64,000 nt of DNA from Diplonema japonicum (taxonomy: Eukaryota > Protista > Euglenozoa: Diplonemea): NCBI GenBank assembly GCA_964019335.1, contig OZ025763.1, positions 73,335 to 137,334 on the forward strand. The letters are read 5' to 3'. A program made the translations under genes and the position numbers. The notes beneath the pieces are model-generated. The model did not search any database. It was not told the origin of the DNA and saw only the letters and a program-made list of their open reading frames with translations. Of the stretch, positions 1 through 9,995 are shown piece after piece (the stretch's first letter is position 1; each line of letters opens with the position of its first letter).

Positions 1-216
1 AGATGCTCAGGGTGACGAACAGGCAGCAAACTGCACGAGCGCAGAATCTTGGTTACCCGGGACGCACCGGCTGGGGTTGAGCTGTACACCGCACGCATTA
101 AGGACACGACGCGGAACGCAGAAGAAGCTACAACTCGGCAGCGGCGCGCCCCCGTAATCAAGTAGACAGTTCTTGTGCAGGGCGCCGCCAACACCGGCCT
201 CCTTTAACTCATATAT
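1..216 (+). repeat. Dispersed repeat family member (3' end GGGCGCCGCCAACACCGGCCTCCTTTAACTCATATAT)
   Basis: Terminal ~38 bp identical at 37938-37976; internally deleted, diverged homologue at ~2609-2750; related ends at 16930-16966 and 62868-62903. Confidence 0.65.
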
Positions 217-313
217 TCTTCTTTTATTCTCTCTCTTTGTTTTTTATCTCTCTTTTAATTTTCTTCTCTCATACCCCTCTCCTCCCCCCACAACCATATA
301 ACAGGTGCGGGGG

Positions 314-1426
314 ATGCCTGCTTCCATCCACCACCTACACAAAATGCTCAAAAGGCACAGAGGCGCGACGGAAATGCTTCTCGTGGAGCACAGCGTGCGA
401 AGAGCAGAACACGAAGGCAGGGTGTCCATCGAAATGGAGCGACACGAAGGCCTGATCAGACTGTTGAGGCTCAGAGAGCTGGACGCCATCGTAAAAGAGA
501 GGGAAAAGCGACGGGCGCAGGAGGAAGCCGCCGCAAGAGTGGAAAGACTGACGAAACGGGAAGAAAGCAAAAGGCGAGGCGTTGAGAAAAGACAGCAAGC
601 AGAATGGGACATGATGCACAGCCAAGGCCGCAGGGGAAGCATGTCCACAGAAGGCACCATCACGGCCCCATCATCCCCTAAACGAAACCCCGGAGAAGGC
701 GCTCTAGGGGAGTGGATGTACTGCATCGACATGGACGAGCTCGAAGAACACATGCGAACAGAAAAAAAAGCTCTGGAACGACGAAGGCAATCCTTAGTCA
801 ATCTCATACCCCACAACCCCACATCCGCTGTAGTGGCTGCCGTGGCTGCCCTTGCTGCAGTTACATACTCAGAGATCCCGAACACAAAACCATACTCAAT
901 ACTAGTGGAGGAAGCAGAAGCATGGTCATGCCTCATGGGACAGCACATTGCAGGCGAAGAGGAGGTGGGAAGAGCCACTGTCGAGAAGTATGAGGCTCAG
1001 ATGCGGACATCGATCAAAGAGCAGAGGGGGAACCAGCTTTTGGTGTCCAGACGGAGCTCGAGGGGTTCGCAAAACAGTATTTGCATATACATTGTCGACA
1101 CGCGGAGGGTGGGGAACGAGCCCACTCTGAGCCTGCACATTGCCTCTTTAGACATTACAGGTGGTTCGTTGTTGTCACTATTGATGAACACCTTCAGCGG
1201 TATGCCAGTGGACCTTTTGCATGACTGGCGCGTTCTCAGTAAGACGGCCACCTTAAGCTCGCAGACCGTCGTCACAGGGGACACCCTGTTTGCGGTTCCA
1301 GTTGCCACCCTCCCTGCCCCTGTTCTCAAACAGCCTGTTCCTACCGGCAAGCATTCTCTCGCGCCACTCAGGGTGCCTATCCGAGGGCTGCAGAAGCAGA
1401 AGGCTATCGTTTCGTCATGGTTTTAA
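314..1426 (+). CDS. Hypothetical protein: N-terminal coiled coil, possible C-terminal ubiquitin-like domain
   Basis: 373-aa ORF (track start GTG 305; first ATG 314 follows an ACAG acceptor at 301-304). E/R/K-rich heptads; C-terminal 'VLSKTATLSSQTVVTGDTLFAV' resembles a Ubl end. Confidence 0.6.
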   Translation: MPASIHHLHKMLKRHRGATEMLLVEHSVRRAEHEGRVSIEMERHEGLIRLLRLRELDAIVKEREKRRAQEEAAARVERLTKREESKRRGVEKRQQAEWDMMHSQGRRGSMSTEGTITAPSSPKRNPGEGALGEWMYCIDMDELEEHMRTEKKALERRRQSLVNLIPHNPTSAVVAAVAALAAVTYSEIPNTKPYSILVEEAEAWSCLMGQHIAGEEEVGRATVEKYEAQMRTSIKEQRGNQLLVSRRSSRGSQNSICIYIVDTRRVGNEPTLSLHIASLDITGGSLLSLLMNTFSGMPVDLLHDWRVLSKTATLSSQTVVTGDTLFAVPVATLPAPVLKQPVPTGKHSLAPLRVPIRGLQKQKAIVSSWF

Positions 1427-2985
1427 AGGAAAAAAAAAAAAAAAAAGTAATGCACACGTTTTCTCATAAAAAAAGTCCCCCCCCCCCCCCCCCTCCCCCA
1501 CCCATTTCTATAAAGGAAAAAGGCCAATCAAAAAAAAAACTTTAGATGCTCTTTTTTAAAAAAAAAAAAAAAACACAACTCGTTCCCCTTTCCCCCCCCT
1601 TCTGTCACTCTGTTACCTTCTAACTTTCACCCACCACCCCCCCTCATATGATTATCTATTTTTTTTTCCCCCTTCCTTTTTTTTTTGTGTTCTATACCCT
1701 GGTGCGAGGGTCAGAGGCAAGGTGGCCAAGCGTGTGACATTCTAAGATTTTCAAAAAAAAAAAAAAAAAAAAAAAAAAAGGGAAAGCAAAAAGAAGAACG
1801 GGGAGGGGAAAAAAAAAGGGCGCAATTTTGCGCACCAAAAAATGCAGTGCGCCCCCCCCCAAAAAAAAAGAAAACAGAAAAAAAAAAAAAAAAAAAGGTA
1901 AGGGACAAGTGTATATCTTGCCAGAAACCTGCAAAACACGTACAACCGCCAAACTTCTTTTCGATTTCATTTTTTTTTTTTAAACCGCCAGTTACACAAC
2001 AGAAGCAAGCAACGACAAATCTCGCTATCAAAAGCCACCTCCCCACACCCCCTTCTATAACCCTATGTTGACTACAAGGCCTGACTTGAGCAGTAGTCCG
2101 GTCCTAGAGCTTAAAATCAAGTCGCGTCCCTTATTTCATTTTTTTCCCCCCTCCTTTCATCTCACACACAGTGTCTGTTATACAGGACAGCTCCCTTTCT
2201 TTTTTTTTCCCCCTCCTAAAAAGTTGGATCTCGCTTAAGCAAAGAAACACGGCCTGTCCCCCCCCCCCCCCTCCCCTGGAGTCATTTTTTTTATTGTTGT
2301 ACCATTTCCCCAAAACACCCCCCCCCCCTCCCTCTCTCCTTTACTGAAACGTTCCCAGATTGCTGCCAATGTGGAGCTTTAACTAGCTGCCCGCTGACAA
2401 AAAGAAGAAAAAAAAAGCGAAAAAGTATTTTATTCCTTTGGTGGGGGGAGGCCGTTGCCGGCTGCACTCCCCATCATAAGGATTTCTTTTTCCTTTGGTG
2501 GCACATATTTGCGAGCAGGGCGGAAGGAGAGATAAGGGGGGGGGTTTTTTTTTGTTTATTTTCTTTAATCTGTCATCACCGATAGCACCCTAGTGGAAGA
2601 ACGTATTGCAGATGCTCAGGAATCTTGGTTTTCCCGAGCACATCGGTAGGGGGTAGACGCGGAATGCAGGAAAAGTTGCAGCTCGGCCGAGGCACACCCC
2701 CTGTGATCAAATCGACGGTGCTTGTACTAGCCTCCTTTCTCTCTTTTATATGAGCTAGTACTGATAGAAATGTCACACTTTGGGGGGGGGGGGGGGGGGG
2801 AAGTTTTTTTTCCCGGGAGACGTTGCTAACCACTTCGTTTCCTATCATAGTATAGTGAATTTTTCTTTTTCGTGCGTTTAAAAAAAAAAAAGAATACGGG
2901 GGAGTCCCTTGTGGGTACGTGTCTAAAGCCGAAGAAGAGATCTGGAGCAAACAAGAAAGCCCCCGTTTACTAGGGCGGCACGATT

Positions 2986-3072
2986 CTTTTTTTTTTTTCT
3001 TTTTTTTTTTCCGCACCCAAAAGGGGTGCCAAAATGGGGCTGGACGGACGCAGATGCCTACAGGGGGTTTTT
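2986..3072 (-). repeat. 5'-truncated copy of poly(A)-tailed SINE-like repeat
   Basis: About 62 bp is the reverse complement of 63667-63730, preceded by poly(T) matching the poly(A) at 63741-63827. Confidence 0.65.
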
Positions 3073-3666
3073 TTATTTCACTCTTCAGAAATTACTTCAC
3101 GCACTGGGGGGCCCATTACTTCACGCTAAATCTCATTACTCACGGTGAAATAATGGCCTGTTTTCCGTGAAGTAATAGGGGGTTTCCGTTAAGTAATATG
3201 CCTCGGTAGGCCAATTTTTGCCTCGGTTCGGTTCCCAGTGGGGCTACTTTTTCCTCTCAGTTTGCTATTTCCCCCCGGTTCAGCTCAATTGGCCAACTTT
3301 GCCTCGGCTCAGTTCCAGTTGGACTACTTTTTCCTCCCAATTTGCCCACTTTTGGCTAGGCCTTGTTCCCAGTTTCTGGGGGTAACTCTTCTGTGGGTAA
3401 GGGTAACTTAGTCAGCTTACCCAAGCTCCCCAAATGACTTCAAAATACCGAAGCAGCAGAAAAAAAGGAGCCAGCGGCCACGCTAGGTATGAGAAGGCCT
3501 GATTAGAGATGGTGACAGTGGCAATGCCAGCGACAGCGGCAGCTCTTAGTCAACAAAAGGAGGAAAAACAACTTGTATTGTAACCTTTGTAACCCCTCTC
3601 TTGTTCCCTTGTCACCCTGTTGTGCCCCTCGTGGTGAAGTAATTTCAGAGTGTCGTGAAATAAAAC
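3070..3666. mobile_element. MITE-like element with imperfect terminal inverted repeats
   Basis: TTTTATTTCAC..GAAATTACTTCAC at left and GTGAAGTAATTTC..GTGAAATAAAA at right; subterminal ATTACTTCACG-like motifs in both orientations. Confidence 0.5.
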
Positions 3667-3680
3667 CACTTACCTACCGC

Positions 3681-3788
3681 CAAGTAATGCTTTACCGACC
3701 TCTCGGTTCCGCATTTTACCATCTCGGGCCCTGCGGGCCCTCGACGGTAAAATGCGGAACCTCGAGGTAACGGTAAAGTCATTACTTG
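3681..3788. repeat. Long imperfect palindrome / foldback hairpin
   Basis: CAAGTAATG-CTTTACCG-ACCTC-GGTTCCGCATTTTACC-GGGCCC / TGC loop / mirror arms. Confidence 0.8.
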
Positions 3789-4201
3789 TTGGCAGTAAAT
3801 AGCTATTTATATACTTTACCACATGCTCTTTTGTCTCTCATGCGTAGATAATCTACTATTGAGTTGTGGGCGGTATTCCCCTCTTCCCTCCCTGTTTCCT
3901 TTCCCCCTCCTTTGAGATGTGTGTTGGGCAGAGCGAAGAAGCGAAGGTGATCTTTGCCCCCCCCTTTTGTAAAAGGGTGTAACACCTCTATTTTTTTGTG
4001 AGTTGCTTTGTAGAGCTTTCTTTGTAAGCATCCCCCTGTTATGTGACTTTTTTCTTCCCTTTCCCCTTTTTGCGTGTTTATTTTTTTTTTTTTTTTGAAC
4101 CCCTATAAAAGTAGTGGGAGCACCAACTTATGAGGCTAATAGTCCCCCTCATAAAAATCAGGTGAAAGATAAGACGAATGAAGAAGTGCAGGGAAAAGGG
4201 G

Positions 4202-4232
<31 letters not shown>

Positions 4233-4740
4233 GAAAAACTAATTCAATACACAATACCATCTAGTTTTTTTTTAAAGTAATTTCTAAGGAAATGTTTTTA
4301 TTCCCCTCCCTCACCCCCCCCCCCCCCCCCCCATGCTTCTTATTATGGTGCTAATCGTGTCTTCTCATATTACCTATGCATGGAAATTTTCACGTTTTTG
4401 CTCCGTTTTAAAAAAAAAAGAAAAAAAAGGAAGCTACAACACCGCAGGAGGGCGTTAAAAAAAAGCTTTTTTTTTCATTGCTCTATAATTGTTGCTTCCT
4501 TTTTTTTTGTTTCTCTCTTTCTTTTTTTTTACCCCTTTCTGTCTTTTCCTCATTTTTTCCCCCCAGTTATTCTTCTTTTTGGTTCCCCTCCCCCAATTTT
4601 TTCTTTTTTTTTCATCTAAAGGAGAGTTGTCTTCTTCTTATATTCAGTTTATTTCTTCTTTGTTTTAACCGTTTTTTTTTTTTCTTTTTAATTAATTCCT
4701 TTCACATTAAAAAAAAAAAAAAAAAAAAAAAAGGGAAACC

Positions 4741-5616
4741 ATGGAACCCCCCAAAAAGCTAAACCCTCCCTCGAGGCTGCTGAACACAGCGGACATTGAA
4801 GGTGCTGGTCCAAAGAGGCCCAAGCAATGGATTAAACCGCAGGGCCCTGTAGACGGCACAACCAGCCAGAGGCGCATCCCGTTGAACGTCGCTAAGAAAA
4901 ATGATTTCAACATCAGCAACAAGGACATCCCTCACTCATACCCGGAAAACAAGCTTTTCACAACGAACAGGGTGGTCAACCCTCTCCAGCCAGTGTACCA
5001 TATGTCCAGCTACGAAGTAACCCAGAGCACACCTACAAAACAGCTGAGAGAAACAAATCTTATATCAGACATTCAAGGCACAAAGGCAACCTCTTGCCAC
5101 AAGATGGACTGCGTCCGCACGAGAAGCACCATGACCATCACAGACATCCTAGGCGCGTCGTGCAAATCGAAAAACAGCATTCTAAACTGCTCCGGTCGTA
5201 GTTTGAACCTTACGACGAAGGACATCAACCATCCTGAGAACATAAAATCGTCTTTCACGACAAACAGATGCACGAACCCATTATCCCCGAGGTACAGGGT
5301 GGCGAACCCTGCGGTGCAGGGTACCGTGCTGACCCTCGATGGGAACCATCCGAAGAAGCTTCCGAAGGAAAAACAGCCGCATGAGCGGTGCTTTACGCTG
5401 CGGTCCACCGACATCCCGGGCGGGACGCCTTCCCGGCCGGTCCCCTTCCCCCAGGCCCGCCGCCACTGGAAGGAGACGTGTGCCCTTGACGACATGCCCT
5501 TTTGCAAGCCGTCTGCAAAGTACAACACCATGCACTCCTCCTCCCGTAAGACGGACCCCAACAACCCGCGGTACGTCCCACTCGCCAGCAAGGTCATCCA
5601 CCTCCCATCTGCATGA
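4741..5616 (+). CDS. Hypothetical basic protein with recurrent TxDIxGA and RxxNPLxPxY motifs
   Basis: 291-aa ORF with motifs TADIEGAGP, ISDIQGT, ITDILGA, STDIPGG and RVVNPLQPVY, RCTNPLSPRY, RKTDPNNPRY. Confidence 0.65.
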   Translation: MEPPKKLNPPSRLLNTADIEGAGPKRPKQWIKPQGPVDGTTSQRRIPLNVAKKNDFNISNKDIPHSYPENKLFTTNRVVNPLQPVYHMSSYEVTQSTPTKQLRETNLISDIQGTKATSCHKMDCVRTRSTMTITDILGASCKSKNSILNCSGRSLNLTTKDINHPENIKSSFTTNRCTNPLSPRYRVANPAVQGTVLTLDGNHPKKLPKEKQPHERCFTLRSTDIPGGTPSRPVPFPQARRHWKETCALDDMPFCKPSAKYNTMHSSSRKTDPNNPRYVPLASKVIHLPSA

Positions 5617-5777
5617 TGCAAGGTCATCCCCCTCTCCGCATGATGCAAGGTCATTACCATGCGGCCCGTGCTTTACAGCACACGGCACTCTCTTTCATGT
5701 TTCTTTCAAACAGCGTGGCCTCACGTTCACCTTCGTACCTTTCACATAGGAGTAGGGGTAGGAATAGGGGAGGGGTC

Positions 5778-6083
5778 ATGCCCGGGAGGTACTTCACGCG
5801 GAGGGTCCCTCTCGGGAGCACCGCCAACTTCCTCACGATGGTGTTCCTGGACACGAACCCTTGCATCGGGGCCTACAGGTCGGACAACCCGAACGGCTGG
5901 GACCCATGCTCCGGGAAGTACATGGACTGCCCGAACTGCAAGTTCTACGAGAACATCTTGGCGCAGAACTGCTCAGCGCAGCTTGACTGGTTGAAGAAGA
6001 CCATGTCGCACACCCTCACTACTAAGTTTGTGGCCTACAACGGTACTGTCGTCAACACCCTTGTCACACACAAGAGGGCATAA
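5778..6083 (+). pseudogene. Purple/tartrate-resistant acid phosphatase (metallophosphoesterase) fragment, internally deleted
   Basis: MPGRYFTRRV..MVFLDTNPC..WDPC..CKFYENILAQNCSAQLDWLKKT joined directly to a C-terminal TLTTKFVAYNG segment; catalytic motifs absent. Confidence 0.55.
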
Positions 6084-6459
6084 AGTGATTGTAATCCCCC
6101 CTGTTGTCGGCTTCGGCCCTACGTACGTACATGTATTTCGAACCTACGCCGCACTTTTTTTAAAATTCTAAAGATTTTCCTGCTTACGCGTACGCCTTCT
6201 GTGTCATACGGCATTCATTTTGGAAAGGTCTCGGGCAATGTTCACTGGGCTTGTGTGGTGGGATGCGCAAAGGGGTTGACATTGGGATTTGACAAAGCTG
6301 ATTCTCTACTCGGAGTATAATTCAGGTCAGACTTTACTTTTTACAAAATAGTTCTGTGTTCAATATCTTTTGCAATTGTATTTTTGTTATTTGTTTTATT
6401 TATTCTCCACCCCCCATTCTTAATCACTTCAGCTACAACAACAACAACAACTACAAAGT

Positions 6460-7665
6460 ATGGATCCTTCGACACTTCAGAAGTACGAGCAAGGGGAGCT
6501 CCTCGGGTCCGGCGGACAGGGGTCGGTGTACAAGGCAGTGAGGAGGGTGGATGGAGGTATCTTTGCGATGAAGGTGTTGGAGGCGCTCGCAGAAGAGGTG
6601 CACAAGAAGAACGTGGAGGAGGTGCAGCACATGCTGAAGCTGAAGCACAGGAACCTGGTTCCCTGCCTTGACTTCTTCGAGACGACAAAGCAGCTGGCAA
6701 AGGAATCCCTTGCGAAGGTGTGGCGGGTTCAAATCGTGATGCCCTTGTACGAAAAAGGGGACCTCTACTCATGCGTTCAAAAGGAGGGACCCCTCTCTCC
6801 TGAGAGGGCGGACCGGCTCTTGCGGGAGATGGGAGGGGTCCTTCAGTACATTCACGGTGAGGGCTTCATCCACAGGGACGTGAAACCCCAAAACATCATG
6901 GTGTCGGGGAAGGTATCTCCTCCTTCTGCGGCCAGTGTCGTTGGTGGCGGCTGCGGGGGGGAGGCAGAGTTCATCCTGGCTGACCTGGGACTGTCGAAGG
7001 AGGTGTCCTCCGGTGGGGTAGCGAGCAGCTATACAGGCACACCAGCTTACATGGCACCCGACATCTTAAACGGAGAGGACGGCTACACCAACAAAGTAGA
7101 CATGTGGGCCCTTGGGGTGACTGTGTGCAACGTGGTGCTCCGAGAAGACCTGAGGAGTCTCTTTCTGAAGTACCTGCATCCTAACAGGGAGCTTGTGATG
7201 GAGACACTTCAGACCCACCTCCCCCCTGCCCTCTTCGGGGTTGTGCTCCGCCTCCTCTCCACCGACCCTTTGGAACGGGCCAGTGCAGCTGAGATGCTTC
7301 AGACGGGACCCCCTGGGATGGTTCCTCAGCCGACTGGAATAGTTCTTCTCGCGTTTAGGAGTGTTGATGGTGGAGAAGAGAGGAAAAGGAAGCTCTGCGT
7401 GGCTGTGGGAGCAGGAGCGGAGGAGGTTCGAGTGGCGGCAGCAAAGGCCTTCTCTTCGGGGGGGCAGGAGCTCCTCAGGGTGCGCAGGTTGGAGGTCTTC
7501 GACAAGGACTTCGGGGAGTTCGTGGAGGAGGACGACGGGGACATCGTGTTCGAGGACAAGGGACGGGTCCGTGTCGTGTTTGAAGCACCGTTCCCAACCA
7601 CCGCCACTTCTTCAGCCACCTGTGACAGCAGCAACATGCCACCCTGCTTCATCCAACCTGCTGCG

Positions 7666-7720
<55 letters not shown>

Positions 7721-9813
7721 CCACCCTCACAAAAGAGGAGGGGAGGCTTGCCTTGCTCAACGCTGTTTCAAAAGGCGACCTTGAGGAGATGAGGATCCTT
7801 ATTCTGGAGCGGGGTGTTGACCCTGGTGTAGCGGACAGCAGTGGTTCCACAGCCCTGCACTGTGCTGCTGAAAACAACTGTGTGGAGGCTGTGGCTGCTC
7901 TCGTCTATTCTTACGACCAGGACCCTGGTGTCAGAAGCAAGAACGGTCGGACACCGCTTCATCTGGCAGCACAGAACGGCCACCTCGAGACCGTTAAATA
8001 TCTTGTCGAAACTCGGGGTCTCGACGCAGGTGTCAAAAGCAACGACGGTCGGACACCGGTTCATCAAGCAGCACTGAACGGCAACCTCGAGACCGTTAAA
8101 TATCTTGTGGAAACTCGGGGTCTCGACGCAGATGTCAGAAGCAAGAGCGGTCGGACACCGCTTCATCTGGCAGCACTGAACGGCACCCTCGAGACCGTTA
8201 AATATCTTGTCGAAACTCGGGGTCTCGATGCAGATGTCAAAAGCAACGACGGTCGGACACCGCTTCATCAAGCAGCAGAGAACGGCCACCTCGAGACCGT
8301 TAAATATCTTGTCGAAACTCGGGGTCTCGACGCAGATGTCAAAAGCAACAACGGTTGGACACCGCTTCATCTGGCAGCACAGAACGGCCACCTCGAGACC
8401 GTTAAGTATCTTGTCGAAACTCGGGGTCTCGACGCAGATGTCAGAAGCAAGAGCGGTCGGACACCGCTTCATCTGGCAGCACTGAACGGCACCCTCGAGA
8501 CCGTTAAATATCTTGTCGAAACTCGGGGTCTCGACGCAGATGTCAAAAGCAAGTACGGTTGGACACCGCTTCATCAAGCAGCACAGAACGGCCACCTCGA
8601 GACCGTTAAATATCTTGTCGAAACTCGGGGTCTCGACGCAGATGTCAGAAGCAAGAACGGTTGGACACCGCTTCATCTGGCAGCACAGAACGGCCACCTC
8701 GAGACCGTTAAATATCTTGTCGAAACTCGGGGTCTCGACGCAGGTGTCAAAAGCAACGACGGTCGGACACCGGTTCATCAAGCAGCACTGAACGGCAACC
8801 TCGAGACCGTTAAATATCTCTGTCGAAACTCGGGGTCTCGACGCAGATGTCAGAAGCAAGAACGGTCGGACACCGGTTCATCTGGCAGCACAGAACGGCC
8901 ACCTCGAGACCGTTAAATATCTTGTCGAAACTCGGGGTCTCGACGCAGGTGTCAAAAGCAACGACGGTCGGACACCGGTTCATCAGCACTGAACGGCATC
9001 CTCGAGACCGTTAAATATCTTGTTGAAAGGGTGGCAGCAGGGGTGCGCCCCAGGTGAGTAACGACACCTCCACCTTAAATGTGAGTTAACTCGCTCTGTG
9101 TCCAGGTGCGATGCGCGGCAGCAGCGACATGGGAGGGGAACATCTGCCAATTGAACATTGCGCAGGGTTCATCCCACCAATCCCTAGCTGGTCTGCAGGC
9201 GGTCGCCATGGGAGGTTTGCTAGAGGGCGGGCAGGGCCTGTCCCCAACGGTGGTGGTCTGGGTCGGCACGGTTGGTTCGTTGGCTCTCAGACCAGTAGTC
9301 GCTCCCAGTGGGCGAGCTCTCTGAGGGGCCATGACCGAACCAGGCTGCCATCGGGGGGACGCGGACAGTCGTGGGCACACGGCTGCACGTCGGGTCGCTG
9401 GCTTGGACACCACTAGAGAGCGAACCCTACGGGTGGCGGTGTGTATTACGCATTACCTCGAAGGGGGTATAATGATTCTTGAGAAAAAAGCACACACCTA
9501 CTGGGCGGAGCTCTGGTAAGGCTTTGTAAGTGCAACCACTTCGATGGATGAATACTTCTGGAGCAAACATCGCGGAAAAAAAAAAAAAAAAAAAAAAAAA
9601 ACTTGTCGAAACTCGGGGTCTCGACGCAGATGTCAAATGCAACAACGGTTGGACACCGCTTCATCTGGCAGCACTGAGCGGCCACCTCGAGACCGTTAAA
9701 TATCTTGTCGAAACTCGGGGTCTCGACGCAAGTGTCAAATGCAACGACGGTCGGACACCGCTTTCTCTAGCCAAATTGAGCAAAAACCCCAAGCTGGTTA
9801 GTTATCTGTCATA
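6460..9813 (+). CDS. Ser/Thr kinase - beta-grasp/PB1-like - poly-Asn - ankyrin repeat protein (copy 1; frameshift ~8820, retroposon insertion 9029-9601)
   Basis: GSGGQG, AMK, HRDVKPQN, DLG, GTPAYMAPD, DMWALG motifs; (AAC)18 at 7666-7719; ~13 near-identical 34-aa ankyrin repeats plus a capping repeat ending KLVSYLS* at 9813. Confidence 0.85.
7920..9770 (+). repeat. Tandem 102-bp ankyrin-coding repeats with high internal identity
   Basis: Unit ..CTCGAGACCGTTAAATATCTTGTCGAAACTCGGGGTCTCGACGCA.. recurs every 102 bp; interrupted at 9029-9601. Confidence 0.95.
9029..9601 (+). mobile_element. Non-autonomous poly(A) retroposon (SINE/RIME-like), ~573 bp
   Basis: Poly(A) 9576-9601; flanked by 10-bp target-site duplication CTTGTTGAAA (9019-9028) / CTTGTCGAAA (9602-9611); ankyrin register resumes after it. 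Confidence 0.85.
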
Positions 9814-9906
9814 GGCGTTTTGAGTGAGGGGCAGCCCCGACCCAAAGCACGTCTAGTATGAAAGAGCGCTTTATTGCGCATAAACAATGAAAGCAAGGAA
9901 GTGGCA

Positions 9907-9938
<32 letters not shown>

Positions 9939-9995
9939 AGCGATGGCTGTGGTGGTCGTTGCAAGAGCGCCTATTGGAAGTATTGGACCGTTCGG

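Noticed and set aside
1427-4740. Many poly-Lys/poly-Phe ORFs in intergenic regions (here and throughout)
   Set aside because: Products of homopolymer runs; no coding signal.
8815-8825. Programmed frameshift in the ankyrin array
   Set aside because: A single extra C relative to the other units with no slippery site; mutation or sequencing error is more likely.
9029-9110. HDV-like ribozyme at the retroposon 5' end
   Set aside because: A P1-like helix exists, but the P1.1 GG and nested pseudoknot are not evident.
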